A DNA stretch of 64,000 nucleotides from Desulfuromonadales bacterium. GTDB taxonomy: Bacteria; Desulfobacterota; Desulfuromonadia; Desulfuromonadales; BM103. Shown in pieces: positions 29,686-40,083 of the stretch. The notes under the pieces are model-generated. The model did no database searches and was not told the origin of the DNA. It saw nothing but the letters and a program-made list of their open reading frames with translations. The translations under genes were made by a program, and so were the position numbers. Numbering within the stretch: the first letter of the stretch is position 1; each line of letters begins with the position of its first letter. The DNA lies in contig JAVVDT010000001.1 of NCBI GenBank assembly GCA_032250875.1, positions 1,700 through 65,699 of the forward strand, read 5' to 3'.

Positions 29686-31517
29686 TGAGACACGAGACAC
29701 CATATCGTGGAGTCGTGATCCCATTATATAGGCCTGAAGCCATACAATGGGATCCCTCTTGCTTGGATGGCCTGGCACGGGAACTTGCCGGTGTCGAACA
29801 GCTTACTGAGAAATGCTTCCTCGAATTGGGTGACAAGATTCGTGAGTTGCATATCTTTGCCGGTGAGATATCGACCGAGGCAGGTAACGTGCTCGAACTG
29901 CTCAACGGTGAGGGTGGCGAAACTACTTTACATCATCTTCAGCTGCTTGTTGAACGCTGCAATCTGTGGCTCAACTCCACAAATGAAAAATCTATCGTGA
30001 CCTGTGGGCTGTTAAACGAAGTTCTGGCCCAGGTCAGCGAATTGGAATGGCCGGTTGCCGGACTCAGGAAAGTGATTAAAACGCTTCACTCCTTGCGTGT
30101 CTCGACACGCATCGAGGCCGCCAAAGGCTATGCATCCGGTGCTTCGGTTTTGGCGAAATCGCTGGATCAGCTTGCTGCCATGGCCCAGGAAAAAGTTGCC
30201 GAAATATTTACTCGCACTGAGACACTGGTCCCTCTTGTCGATCGATCTATAGACATGGAAACGGCCGCCCAAGCCGGTTCGATAAAGGCGGCCAGTCAAG
30301 AGGTCAGTAAAGCACGTCAGTTGCTTGGCGATTTTCTTGATTCGTGCCTGGAAACCGGGAAGTGGACTGACAGTCTGAAAGTACGCTCCGAAAGCGTCAC
30401 TAACAGTTTCGGTGAAATGGTTGCGGCGCTTCAGTTTCAGGATATTACTCGGCAACGGCTAGAGCATGTACAGCATGCGCTGGAAAACCTTGGTGAACAT
30501 CTGGTACATTTCACCCATCGAGAGGACTTCAGGCATGATGCAGAAGTTGAACGGCTTTTTGGCTGTATCTGCAAACTGCAATACGAACAGTTGGATTATA
30601 CGGCAAGTGAGTTCGTTAATGCTGCTGACAGCCTGACTCTGCATCTCGAGGAGATGGCCGTGAGTGTTGTTGCCATGTCTGATGACACCGAGGGGCTGGT
30701 ACGAGTTTCTGATGATGGTAGCGAAAATCGTCTCATGGTGGTGATGAGCGTCCTGCAGACTATCGCTGATTTCCTCGAAGAAACCAACCATGCCCACCAA
30801 CGGACAAGTTGTAACCTTGCCGAGGTCAACACTAATATTCAGGAGATTTCGGTTCTGGTTGGTGAGGTGGAATTCATCAGCGAGGAAATGCAATTGCTGG
30901 CGATCAATGCTGCAATCGGCGCTGCCCATGCCCGACAATGTGGTGCCGGTTTAAATGTGATCGCTGAGAATATCCAGGACGTTGCCGAAGAGTCCTGCAG
31001 GTATGCTCTGATGTTGTCGGGACAGTGCAGGGCTATTACCGATTATGCCTGCCAGTTGGAATCATTTGAGCAAGAGGATATGGCCCGGGCCGGGGATGCG
31101 GACAAGCTTCTGAACGAGGCGCAGCAGCTCATGAACAGTCTGGAAACCAGCCATGTAAAACTTGTCGCGAGTGCAGGCAGGGTCGCTCGGGATACTTCTG
31201 CTCTCACGCACGAAGTCACCTCGATTATCGGAGGGTTGGATATCAGCTCTGTTTTTACTGAGAAGCTGAGACCGGTCCTGTCACGGTTCAAAGCTCTGAG
31301 TGTATCCTTCACTGAGGAGCTGAGTGCCATGGATGATGTCAACATTGAGACACTGTTCAGGAAACTCGAAAACTGTTACACCATGGCCAGTGAACGGCAG
31401 GTCCATAAAAATTTTGTCGATCGCCAGCTGATTTCGTCAGATGGCCCTGTTGAGCAGGATGATGATTGGTCACGAAGCCGTCAGCATGGGCTGGGCGACA
31501 ACGTCGACCTCTTTTGA
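29685..31517 (+). CDS. Soluble MCP-like coiled-coil chemotaxis protein
   Basis: No TM; two degenerate MCP tip motifs (STRIEAAK, LLAINAAIGAAH) and LQFQDITRQRLEHV; start codon uncertain. Confidence 0.72.
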   Translation: MRHETPYRGVVIPLYRPEAIQWDPSCLDGLARELAGVEQLTEKCFLELGDKIRELHIFAGEISTEAGNVLELLNGEGGETTLHHLQLLVERCNLWLNSTNEKSIVTCGLLNEVLAQVSELEWPVAGLRKVIKTLHSLRVSTRIEAAKGYASGASVLAKSLDQLAAMAQEKVAEIFTRTETLVPLVDRSIDMETAAQAGSIKAASQEVSKARQLLGDFLDSCLETGKWTDSLKVRSESVTNSFGEMVAALQFQDITRQRLEHVQHALENLGEHLVHFTHREDFRHDAEVERLFGCICKLQYEQLDYTASEFVNAADSLTLHLEEMAVSVVAMSDDTEGLVRVSDDGSENRLMVVMSVLQTIADFLEETNHAHQRTSCNLAEVNTNIQEISVLVGEVEFISEEMQLLAINAAIGAAHARQCGAGLNVIAENIQDVAEESCRYALMLSGQCRAITDYACQLESFEQEDMARAGDADKLLNEAQQLMNSLETSHVKLVASAGRVARDTSALTHEVTSIIGGLDISSVFTEKLRPVLSRFKALSVSFTEELSAMDDVNIETLFRKLENCYTMASERQVHKNFVDRQLISSDGPVEQDDDWSRSRQHGLGDNVDLF

Positions 31518-31554
31518 TATTTGAACAGCAGTCATCAGGAGTTATTCTTTAGCT

Positions 31555-31899
31555 ATGGAAAACTGGTCTTTCGATACAGAGAATTGTAGCGGGGTTCTGG
31601 CCATTGAAGGTGATATGACGATCAGTCGTGTCAGTGATCTGAAAAGAAGCCTGGTCGAGGCATTTGAGTGCGCTGAGCAGGTTACGGTCGATCTCTCTGC
31701 AACAAACGCGTTTGATGTCGCAGGTTTGCAGTTGCTCTGCGCCTGCCACCGTTTTTCAACCCGTCGGGGTAAAAAAATGTGTCTCAAGTTAGGTGACAAT
31801 GAGCGGCTTTTTGATTTTCTTGAAGAAGTCGGTTTTGCCCAGGACTTTTTTTGTAATCACGGCAATTCAGGTGAGTGCCTATGGTCATCAGTGAACTGA
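31555..31899 (+). CDS. STAS-domain protein
   Basis: IEGDMTI...VDLSATNAFDVAGLQLL; typical position upstream of cheY-cheA. Confidence 0.82.
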   Translation: MENWSFDTENCSGVLAIEGDMTISRVSDLKRSLVEAFECAEQVTVDLSATNAFDVAGLQLLCACHRFSTRRGKKMCLKLGDNERLFDFLEEVGFAQDFFCNHGNSGECLWSSVN

Positions 31900-31927
31900 C
31901 ACTTACTTGCTATGCGAGGAGAGGTTT

Positions 31928-32296
31928 ATGAGTAAACGGGTTATGACCGTCGATGATTCGGCAACGGTTCGCCAGGTATTACAAATGACCCTGGAGGGGG
32001 CCGGCTATGAGGTCGTGCAGGCTGTAGACGGTTTGGATGCGCTGAAACAGTTGTCTCAGGATTCTGTGGACATGCTGGTCACCGACCTGAATATGCCCAA
32101 CATGGATGGCATCGCGTTGATCAAGGAAGTCAGGCAGAATCCGGGCAACCGCTTTATGCCGATCATTATGCTGACGACAGAGTCGCAACCGGAAAAGAAA
32201 CAGGAAGGCAAGTCGGCCGGTGCGTCAGGATGGATTGTCAAGCCATTCAAGCCGGAACAGTTGCTGGCGGTTGTACGCATGGTGTGCCCGGCATGA
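31928..32296 (+). CDS. cheY: Chemotaxis response regulator CheY
   Basis: Canonical CheY motifs; stop overlaps the cheA start (ATGA). Confidence 0.9.
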   Translation: MSKRVMTVDDSATVRQVLQMTLEGAGYEVVQAVDGLDALKQLSQDSVDMLVTDLNMPNMDGIALIKEVRQNPGNRFMPIIMLTTESQPEKKQEGKSAGASGWIVKPFKPEQLLAVVRMVCPA

Positions 32297-34386
32297 GCAG
32301 CTTGCTGGAAACTTTCAAGGATGAGGCCCTGGAGCTGATTCAGGAGCTGGAAGAGGCTCTGCTGGAACTGGAAGAGTCGCCGCAGGAGAGTGCCCAGGTC
32401 GACAGGGTATTCCGCGCGCTGCATACCCTCAAGGGCTCTGGTGGGTTGGCAGGGTTTGATGATGTGGCCGGCTTCTGTCATGAAGCGGAAACCGTTTTCG
32501 AACAGGTTCGTAGTGGTGAGCGCCAGGTTGAGCAGACGCTGGTTTCCTTGACATTGCGTGCCCAGGACCACCTCAAGGGGATGGTCCTGGCCGAGTTCGG
32601 TGGCGAGCCCGTCGATGATGAACTGACTGCAGAATTGGTCGCCGCTTTCCAGGCACTCATGCCTTGCCATAGGGGAGCTGCCGAGGTCACATCGATTCAG
32701 TTAAAGAGTACGACAGGGGATCAACTGACCTTCCGGGTACGTTTCAAGCCCGATGCGAGTCTTTTCAAGCAAGGGGTGCAACCTCAATTCCTGCTCGGTG
32801 AACTGGCCCGATTGGGAGATGCGGTCATAGTGGCACAGGTTGACAAGATCCCTTCACTCGAAGAGCTCGACCCCGAAGACTGTTTTGTCTACTGGGATGT
32901 CCTCTTGACTACGGACCAGGATGAAGATGCGATTCGCGATGTATTCATTTTTGTTGAAGATGAGTGCGAACTGATTATTCAGCAGATAGACGATGGCAGT
33001 CAGCTTGACCAGCCGGAAGACTACAAGCGCCTCGGCGAGATTCTCGTTGAAAAAGGGGATTTAACCGAGGACGACCTGGAAAAATATCTGAGAGAGAAAA
33101 AGCGCCTCGGCGAAGCCCTGGTTGAAGAAGGCGCTGTTGATGGCGGCAAGATCCAGTCCGCTCTCGCTGAACAGGAGCGGGTCAAAAACTTGCGCAAGGA
33201 ACGTAAGACCCAGGACGCCATTGAGAGTATCCGGGTCAAGTCAGATCGACTGGACAGTCTGGTGAATTTGGTTGGCGAAATGGTGACCGTACAGGCTCGT
33301 CTTTCGCAGTTTGCCGGTAGTCGAATCGATGCCGAGTTGCTGGCAATATCAGAAGAGGTAGAACGTTTGACCTGGGATCTGCGTGACCAGGTCCTGAACA
33401 TTCGCATGTTGCCAATCGGTGGCACCTTCACCCGGTTCAAACGGTTGGTGCGCGACCTGGGGAGCGAACTCGGCAAGGATGTCATGTTGATCACAGAAGG
33501 TGGCGACACCGAGTTGGACAAGACGGTGATTGACCAGCTAAACGATCCTCTGGTCCACCTGGTCCGAAACAGTATCGATCATGGCATTGAGCCCCCCGAT
33601 GTCCGCATGGCGATCGGCAAGCCACGTAAGGGCCGGATTACCCTGTCTGCCAGTCACTCAGGCGCCAACGTTGTATTAACGATTTCAGATGATGGTGCAG
33701 GGCTGGATTCGGGTCGGATCCTTGCGAAAGCGATAGAAAGGGGCTTGGTCTCACCGCAGACGGAATTGAGTGAGCGCGATATCTTCAACCTGATATTCGA
33801 GCCAGGTTTTTCTACGGCGACTGAAGTCTCCAGTGTCAGTGGCCGGGGGGTCGGGATGGATGTGGTTCGACAGGCCGTTGATGCTTTGCGGGGCAGCATA
33901 GAGGTTCGTAGCGAAGCAGGGCAGGGGACGAGCTTTGTTGTCAAGCTGCCCTTAACCCTCGCGATTATAGATGGTCTGCTGATCAATATCTCCTCGGAAA
34001 ATTACATTCTGCCACTTTCCGCTGTCGAAGAATGCATCGAGCTGACTCGTGACGATACGGAACGGTCTCACGGCCGCAATCTGGTCAAAGTGCGTGGAGA
34101 GATTGTGCCCTATGTCCGCTTGCGTGACGAATTCAAAATCAATGGGCAGTGTCCAGAGATCGAACAGATCGTTATCGTCAGCCTGGATGGTGTCCGGGTC
34201 GGATTTGTCGTCGATCACGTGGTTGGTGAGCATCAGACGGTTATCAAGAATCTGGGCCGCATGTACCAGGACACCGATGGTATTTCCGGGGCGACCATCC
34301 TCGGTAATGGCCGCGTCGCCTTGATCCTTGATCTGCCGCAGTTGGCAGAAAAGGCGGAAGCGGCGGAGCACGCAAGATTCCACTGA
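32293..34386 (+). CDS. cheA: Chemotaxis histidine kinase CheA (Hpt, P2, MshEN-like segment, dimerisation, HATPase, CheW)
   Basis: FRALHTLKG, LVNLVGEMV, HLVRNSIDHGIE, SGRGVGMDVV and LPLTLAII. Confidence 0.95.
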   Translation: MSSLLETFKDEALELIQELEEALLELEESPQESAQVDRVFRALHTLKGSGGLAGFDDVAGFCHEAETVFEQVRSGERQVEQTLVSLTLRAQDHLKGMVLAEFGGEPVDDELTAELVAAFQALMPCHRGAAEVTSIQLKSTTGDQLTFRVRFKPDASLFKQGVQPQFLLGELARLGDAVIVAQVDKIPSLEELDPEDCFVYWDVLLTTDQDEDAIRDVFIFVEDECELIIQQIDDGSQLDQPEDYKRLGEILVEKGDLTEDDLEKYLREKKRLGEALVEEGAVDGGKIQSALAEQERVKNLRKERKTQDAIESIRVKSDRLDSLVNLVGEMVTVQARLSQFAGSRIDAELLAISEEVERLTWDLRDQVLNIRMLPIGGTFTRFKRLVRDLGSELGKDVMLITEGGDTELDKTVIDQLNDPLVHLVRNSIDHGIEPPDVRMAIGKPRKGRITLSASHSGANVVLTISDDGAGLDSGRILAKAIERGLVSPQTELSERDIFNLIFEPGFSTATEVSSVSGRGVGMDVVRQAVDALRGSIEVRSEAGQGTSFVVKLPLTLAIIDGLLINISSENYILPLSAVEECIELTRDDTERSHGRNLVKVRGEIVPYVRLRDEFKINGQCPEIEQIVIVSLDGVRVGFVVDHVVGEHQTVIKNLGRMYQDTDGISGATILGNGRVALILDLPQLAEKAEAAEHARFH

Positions 34387-34440
34387 AAAGGGGATATCCT
34401 GTCCGATGGCATTGACCTCCTCAAGGCCGACTGAATAAGT

Positions 34441-34614
34441 ATGATGCTAAAGTTTGGCGACAGAGTGATTATTCGAGACGGCTCTCCTCTGGATGGTGCT
34501 GAAGGGGTCGTGTATCGAATTGAGGAGAATCGGATTTCAGTTCTTCTGGAGAGAGAGGTCATCTGGCATGTGGATGTAGAGGCCATCGAGCGGGTTGCCC
34601 TCCGGTTGAAATAA
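34441..34614 (+). CDS. 57-aa KOW/SH3-like small protein (not in the ORF track)
   Basis: MMLKFGDRVIIRDGSPLDGAEGVVYRIEENRISVLLEREVIWHVDVEAIERVALRLK resembles a KOW motif; followed by a hairpin; weak RBS. Confidence 0.55.
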   Translation: MMLKFGDRVIIRDGSPLDGAEGVVYRIEENRISVLLEREVIWHVDVEAIERVALRLK

Positions 34615-34656
34615 GAACAAGTGTTCCTACCTGTCTGCTCCCATGCACGTCGATCC

Positions 34657-34690
34657 AGAGAGTCGGCCTAATTGCCGGCTCTCTGTTGTT
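34657..34690 (+). terminator. Putative intrinsic terminator
   Basis: AGAGAGTCGGC-ctaatt-GCCGGCTCTCT followed by GTTGTT. Confidence 0.5.
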
Positions 34691-34746
34691 GATTCCTGCC
34701 GGTTAAATATTTGCTCTTCCTGCACGGATTTATCTGTGTGCCACAT

Positions 34747-34764
34747 TGTCACATTTTTGTGACA
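34747..34764. promoter_or_regulatory. Palindrome TGTCACA-N4-TGTGACA (putative UAS)
   Basis: Perfect arms, preceded by an extra TGCCACA half-site; about 160 bp upstream of a -24/-12 box. Confidence 0.65.
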
Positions 34765-34922
34765 GACCTCCTGCTGCGATATAGTCCATATAGTTACCAG
34801 ATCGGGGACGAATTCGGGTTTGTATATTGAATTACTCGTAAATTACCGTGTTTTGTCGTATTGCCAGATATGGTTGGAGTATATTAATTAAAATGATCAG
34901 GCGTTCTGTGTACGAATCGTGT

Positions 34923-34937
34923 TGGCACATTAATTGA
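34923..34937 (+). promoter_or_regulatory. Putative sigma54 promoter of mcp-cheW
   Basis: TGGCACATTAATTGA. Confidence 0.55.
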
Positions 34938-35002
34938 TCATACAGGCATAACCACTAAGATTTGCGGTATCAATTAGGGTTCACTCAATATTGGAGGAAG
35001 AT

Positions 35003-36790
35003 ATGGCAGTCAGGGATATGAAAGTAGGGACAAGGATGAGTATCGGTTTTGGCCTGGTTCTCATGCTGATGATTACGACTATGGTGATTACCTTCTGGTC
35101 ATTGGGCAAGGTGGAATACAATACCAACTACCTCAGTGATGAGAGCCTGCCATTCACGTTGCTGGCTGATCGCATGACTGTGAATGCCTTGCAGGTCCAG
35201 CAGTTTGCTACCGACGCCTCGGCAACCAAGGATCTGTCCGTGCTGCAGGAATCCGAAGCTCATTACAAGGAATTCAAGAACGGAGTAGATGAATTCAAGG
35301 CGATGTTCCGTGAAGAAAATTCCACCGCTGAGTTGAAGACGATGGAAACCATGTCCGCAGCCATGGACGAGATGTATGATACGGCCCGGCGCATGACGCT
35401 GTCCTATATCAATGATGGCCAGGAGGCGGGCGATGCGGTGATGGCAGAATTTGATGCCGATGCGTCGCAATTGACCGCGATGGTTACAGAACTGCGCGAA
35501 GGGCAGGTGACTGAAATTAACGGGCAGGTTGACAGCATCTTGCAGGCATCCAACCAGGTCAAGACGCTGCAATTGATTATCGGCGTCGCTGCGCTGATTA
35601 TCGGTGTGTTGGTTACGATCTTTATAACCCGCAGTATTGTTCGGCCACTAAACGTTGCTGTCGAGACTGCTCGTGCTCTGGCCGTGGGAGACCTGACCGT
35701 CCGAATTGACCAGATCAGTAAAGATGAAACCGGTCAGTTGCTGCAGGCCATGCAGGAGATGATTGACTCCAGCAACACCGTGGCTGAAATGGCCGGTCAG
35801 ATCGCTGGCGGTAATCTCCAGGTGCAGATAAAGGAGCGCTCTGACAAGGATGTTTTGATTCAAGCGCTTAGTGGTATGGTCATCAAGCTTAAAGAAGTCA
35901 TCAACAACGTGAAGCTGTCAATTGAGAACGTCGCGTCCGGCGCCCAGGCGATGAGCGCCTCTTCGGAAGAGATGTCTCAGGGTGCTTCGGAACAGGCCGC
36001 TGCCGCAGAAGAGGCCTCTTCGAGTATTGAACAGATGACAGCCAATATCCGCCAGAATGCAGATAACGCTATGCAAACAGAAAAAATTGCCATCCAGGCT
36101 TCCGGTGACGCACGTGAAGGCGGTGAGGCCGTTAATGCCACCGTTGGCGCCATGAAGGAGATCGCCGACAAGATCATGATCATCGAAGAAATTGCCCGCC
36201 AGACCAACTTGCTGGCACTGAACGCCGCCATCGAGGCTGCCCGTGCCGGTGAACACGGCAAGGGTTTTGCGGTCGTTGCCGCCGAGGTTCGCAAACTGGC
36301 AGAACGCAGCCAGAAGGCGGCAGGTGAAATCAACGAATTGTCTACCAACAGCGTCGAGGTTGCCGAGAAAGCCGGGACCGTTCTCAACTCCCTGGTGCCG
36401 AATATCCAGAAGACCGCCGAACTGGTACAGGAGATAAGCGCTGCAAGTCGGGAGCAGGATGCTGGTGCCGACCAGATCAGCAAAAGTATCCAGCAACTTG
36501 ATGCCGTTATACAGCAGAACGCCTCGGCATCTGAGGAAATGGCATCAACCTCTGAAGAACTGTCTGGCCAGTCAGAGCAATTGGCCGAGATGATCTCTTT
36601 CTTCGTGATGGATGAAGGCACTCATGGCAGATCGCGTTCTGTCGTCTCAGGGCAGTCCCATCGCCCTGTTGCTCAACCAAAAATTGCTCATGTCGAATCA
36701 AACTTCAAGCCAACGCCGAAGGTTGATGGAGATGTTTACGAGGCATCCGGCAAGCGGGATTCTCTTGATAGCGAATTTGAGTCATTTTAA
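35003..36790 (+). CDS. Methyl-accepting chemotaxis protein (2 TM, helical periplasmic sensor, HAMP; C-terminal EFESF pentapeptide)
   Basis: [40 protein letters not shown]; GGAGG RBS before the ATG at 35003. Confidence 0.94.
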   Translation: MAVRDMKVGTRMSIGFGLVLMLMITTMVITFWSLGKVEYNTNYLSDESLPFTLLADRMTVNALQVQQFATDASATKDLSVLQESEAHYKEFKNGVDEFKAMFREENSTAELKTMETMSAAMDEMYDTARRMTLSYINDGQEAGDAVMAEFDADASQLTAMVTELREGQVTEINGQVDSILQASNQVKTLQLIIGVAALIIGVLVTIFITRSIVRPLNVAVETARALAVGDLTVRIDQISKDETGQLLQAMQEMIDSSNTVAEMAGQIAGGNLQVQIKERSDKDVLIQALSGMVIKLKEVINNVKLSIENVASGAQAMSASSEEMSQGASEQAAAAEEASSSIEQMTANIRQNADNAMQTEKIAIQASGDAREGGEAVNATVGAMKEIADKIMIIEEIARQTNLLALNAAIEAARAGEHGKGFAVVAAEVRKLAERSQKAAGEINELSTNSVEVAEKAGTVLNSLVPNIQKTAELVQEISAASREQDAGADQISKSIQQLDAVIQQNASASEEMASTSEELSGQSEQLAEMISFFVMDEGTHGRSRSVVSGQSHRPVAQPKIAHVESNFKPTPKVDGDVYEASGKRDSLDSEFESF

Positions 36791-36801
36791 AGGAGGCTGC
36801 T

Positions 36802-37329
36802 ATGGAAGAAAATAAAGCAATCAGCAGCCTGCAATACGTGACCTTCAGCCTCGGTAAGGAACTCTTCGGGGTAGAAGTGACCCGTACCCGGGAAATCCTG
36901 AGTATGACGTCGGTGACCAAGGTGCCGCAAACACCTGATTATCTACTCGGTGTCATCAACCTGCGTGGCCAGGTCGTGCCGGTCGTGGATATGCGTTTGA
37001 AGCTCGGGTTGCCTGCTGGCGAAGAAACCGAAGATACCTGTATTATCGTCGTTGAAGTTCAGGTTGATGGCGAGACGATTGTCGTCGGCGCTCTTTCGGA
37101 TGCGGTCCGTGAAGTGCTGGAGATTCGCCAGGATCAGATTGAGCCGGCACCGCGTCTTGGCACCAGGCTGAAGACCGAATTTATTACCGGTATGGGGAAA
37201 GTCGATGAACAATTCATGATCCTGTTGAACATCGACCGTGTCTTCAGCAGTGATGACCTGACCATCGTACAGGATGCCGGGCAGGTGACTGTTAAACCGA
37301 CTGAAGAGCAGGAGCTGGCTGAAGTCTGA
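36802..37329 (+). CDS. cheW: Chemotaxis adaptor CheW
   Basis: YVTFSLG, TKVPQTP and LGVINLRGQVVPVVD. Confidence 0.93.
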   Translation: MEENKAISSLQYVTFSLGKELFGVEVTRTREILSMTSVTKVPQTPDYLLGVINLRGQVVPVVDMRLKLGLPAGEETEDTCIIVVEVQVDGETIVVGALSDAVREVLEIRQDQIEPAPRLGTRLKTEFITGMGKVDEQFMILLNIDRVFSSDDLTIVQDAGQVTVKPTEEQELAEV

Positions 37330-37353
37330 ACCCTTGCCGCATATTTTTAGCCA

Positions 37354-37388
37354 AACCGGGTGACTCAATCAAGTCACCCGGTTTTTTT
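37354..37388 (+). terminator. Intrinsic terminator after the first cheW
   Basis: AACCGGGTGAC-TCAATCAA-GTCACCCGGTT followed by a T-run. Confidence 0.8.
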
Positions 37389-37754
37389 ATGTCCTGCTGT
37401 CAGATCGGAAAAACAGTAGAACGGCGTTATTCCTCAGGCGTTTTTTTGTGTTTATTATTCACTGACAATTTTGGCTTATTTTGTGAAGTCTATTAGTTAT
37501 AGATCTTATCGGGGAATTGTGATGCAGAGAAATATCGCAAATTTTAATGATTTTGTTTAGTTAGGTAATGTAATAAAAAGTCCACTGCAAATTAATAGTT
37601 TATGTAAGTGGTCGGCAAAGGAGTGTTATGTGTGGTATGGAGTTTAATTTAAAAAACACTAGTCATTACACTGGGTTTTAGCTATTTGACGGCATTTGGT
37701 GTTTCCTGAAAAATTTGAAACAACGTTATATTTGGATTGTATTAAGGAGGTAGG

Positions 37755-40073
37755 ATGAAGATTTCGATGCGTTTGATCTGTGGCTTCGCAGTTGTGGCAT
37801 TTATCTGCGCCGTTGTAGGAGGTGTCGGTTGGTATGGAATTCAACGTCTACAAACCAGCGTCAATGACATCAGTCATCTGCGCCTGCCTGCCCAGGAACA
37901 GATCGGCAACATTAAGAACAGTGCAAGCCAAGCCGTTGCAGCACAACGGTCACTGCTGATCTCCAGCTTGAGTTTTAATGAACGCCAGGCACAAATGATT
38001 CAGCTGAAAAAATCCTGGCAGGAATTCGATGCGGCGCTTGCGGCTTATAATAAATTAACCAAAAGCACAGAAGAGGAAAATCTCTGGCAGGAAACCCTGT
38101 CTTTGTCTGAAGGTTGGAAGGGGCTCGCATCGGCGAGTGCCAACTCTTTAGCCGGTTTTCAGCTTGATGACGTTGAAACTCTCGAAGCAACTCTGGTTGC
38201 AAGGCAACTTGATCACGTCAAATGGGTCAAGTCCCTGGAGAATGCTGCCATCGAGAGGCGCCCATTTGACGGACAGTTAAACCAGAACCTGTGCGGTCTA
38301 GGCAAGTTTCTCGCTGACTATTCCACTCATGATGCCATATTTTCCGGACTTCTGGATCAATTTCACACTCCACACAAGCGCTTGCATGAAATTGGCAGTC
38401 AAATGAACGGCTTGGTTGCAGCTGGCAAATATACAGTCGCGAGGCAACTTGTTCGTGATGATGCTCCTATTGTTCTAGCTGACATCGAGAGTGTTTTTGA
38501 GTCTGCCTTGTCGCATGTCAGGTTGCAAATATCTGAATTAGATCATGCCAGGACTCAAGTCTTTGGGCCCGTTGCGCAGGCTCAGGTTGCATTTCTTGAC
38601 AAGCTAACCGAACTTGGACAGCTGAATGATAGTCGGGTCAGCACCAGTGTCTTTGAAGCGGACCGGGTTGCGTTCTCAAGCAAAATTATTGCCCTGGTTG
38701 CAATGGCTCTCGGCGTTTTGCTGGCGGCTGTTTTGGGCAGCGCAGTCTCGAGGAGCATTATCAACCCTTTGCGACAGGTGATGGCGGCTGTCGAGAAAAT
38801 ATCCTTTGGTGATACTGGCGACCGAATTCCGATGGGGCAGGCTGTCAACTGTTCCAATATTAAAAAGTGCGGGATTACAGATTGTCCAAGTTTCAACAAG
38901 GTCGACCATTGCTGGGTCACCAGTGGTTCCTTTTCTGTCATCAAGCATTGCCCGAAAGCCAAAAGTGGTATGGATTGTCGCGAGTGCGATCTTTACCTGG
39001 TCAAGAACGAATTCGAAGAGCTTGGTTCCATCGTCAATGCCCTTGCTATCAATCTCGATGAAAGGCAAAAGCTGGCGGATGCTATTGCCCATGGCGATTT
39101 GACCTGCAATGTTGAATTGGCTTCCGAAAAGGATGGCCTTGGCAAGGCTCTTGATTATATGAGTGGAAGCCTGAAGCAGATCATCGGTGAAGTGCAGAAG
39201 ACCACCGAGACAGTCAGTGTTGGAGCTGCCCAGGTTGCGGTGACCAGTCAAAGGCTTGCTGAGAATTCAACTGAACAGGCTACGGCAGCGGAAGAGACGG
39301 CTTCATCGATTGAGGAGATGACAGCGAACATCAGGCAGAATGCAGATAACGCTACGCAAACAGAGTCGATTGCAATCCAGGCTGCTCATGATGCCCGTGA
39401 AGGTGGTAAAGCGGTACGAGAGACTCTTGCTTCAATGAAAGAGATTGCAGACAAGATCATGATTATCGAGGAGATAGCGCGCCAAACCAACCTCTTGGCT
39501 TTAAATGCAGCGATTGAAGCGGCACGGGCAGGTGAGCATGGCAAGGGCTTCGCGGTTGTTGCCGCTGAGGTAAGAAAGTTGGCAGAGCGCAGCCAGTCCG
39601 CGGCCGGCGAGATTGGCGAACTTTCGAAAAACAGCATGGCTGTTGCGGAAACTGCCGGCGCAAGTCTTGAAACGATGCTCGAGAATATTCAGAAGACAGC
39701 CGAACTGGTTCAGGAAATCAGCGCCGCCAGCAAGGAACAGGATTCCGGCGCAGATCAGATCAACCGGAGTATTCAGCAGCTTGATAACGTCATTCAGGAA
39801 AATGCGTCGGCCTCAGAGGAGATGGCTTCGACTGCCGAGGAATTAACCTCCCAGTCGCAGCAGCTTGCCGACATGGTGTCGTTTTTTGTGATGAATACTG
39901 ATGTAGCTAACAGTTCTTCTCAAAAGTTGTCGATCTCAGGTGGTGTGAGCTCCACCAGTATCCCGAGGATCTCTAATCAGGAACGCAATGTCATGAAATT
40001 GAACGGGGCGTCTGGATATTCAGGGCTCTCTGGAGCGCATGATAAATCTGACAACGATTTTGAAAAGTACTGA
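37755..40073 (+). CDS. Methyl-accepting chemotaxis protein with CZB-like periplasmic insert and Cys-rich HAMP insert (C-terminal DFEKY)
   Basis: Canonical MCP signalling tip; DHVKW...CGLGKF...HKRLH between TM1 and TM2; 7-Cys segment in HAMP. Confidence 0.9.
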   Translation: MKISMRLICGFAVVAFICAVVGGVGWYGIQRLQTSVNDISHLRLPAQEQIGNIKNSASQAVAAQRSLLISSLSFNERQAQMIQLKKSWQEFDAALAAYNKLTKSTEEENLWQETLSLSEGWKGLASASANSLAGFQLDDVETLEATLVARQLDHVKWVKSLENAAIERRPFDGQLNQNLCGLGKFLADYSTHDAIFSGLLDQFHTPHKRLHEIGSQMNGLVAAGKYTVARQLVRDDAPIVLADIESVFESALSHVRLQISELDHARTQVFGPVAQAQVAFLDKLTELGQLNDSRVSTSVFEADRVAFSSKIIALVAMALGVLLAAVLGSAVSRSIINPLRQVMAAVEKISFGDTGDRIPMGQAVNCSNIKKCGITDCPSFNKVDHCWVTSGSFSVIKHCPKAKSGMDCRECDLYLVKNEFEELGSIVNALAINLDERQKLADAIAHGDLTCNVELASEKDGLGKALDYMSGSLKQIIGEVQKTTETVSVGAAQVAVTSQRLAENSTEQATAAEETASSIEEMTANIRQNADNATQTESIAIQAAHDAREGGKAVRETLASMKEIADKIMIIEEIARQTNLLALNAAIEAARAGEHGKGFAVVAAEVRKLAERSQSAAGEIGELSKNSMAVAETAGASLETMLENIQKTAELVQEISAASKEQDSGADQINRSIQQLDNVIQENASASEEMASTAEELTSQSQQLADMVSFFVMNTDVANSSSQKLSISGGVSSTSIPRISNQERNVMKLNGASGYSGLSGAHDKSDNDFEKY

Positions 40074-40083
40074 GGTGGTCGTC

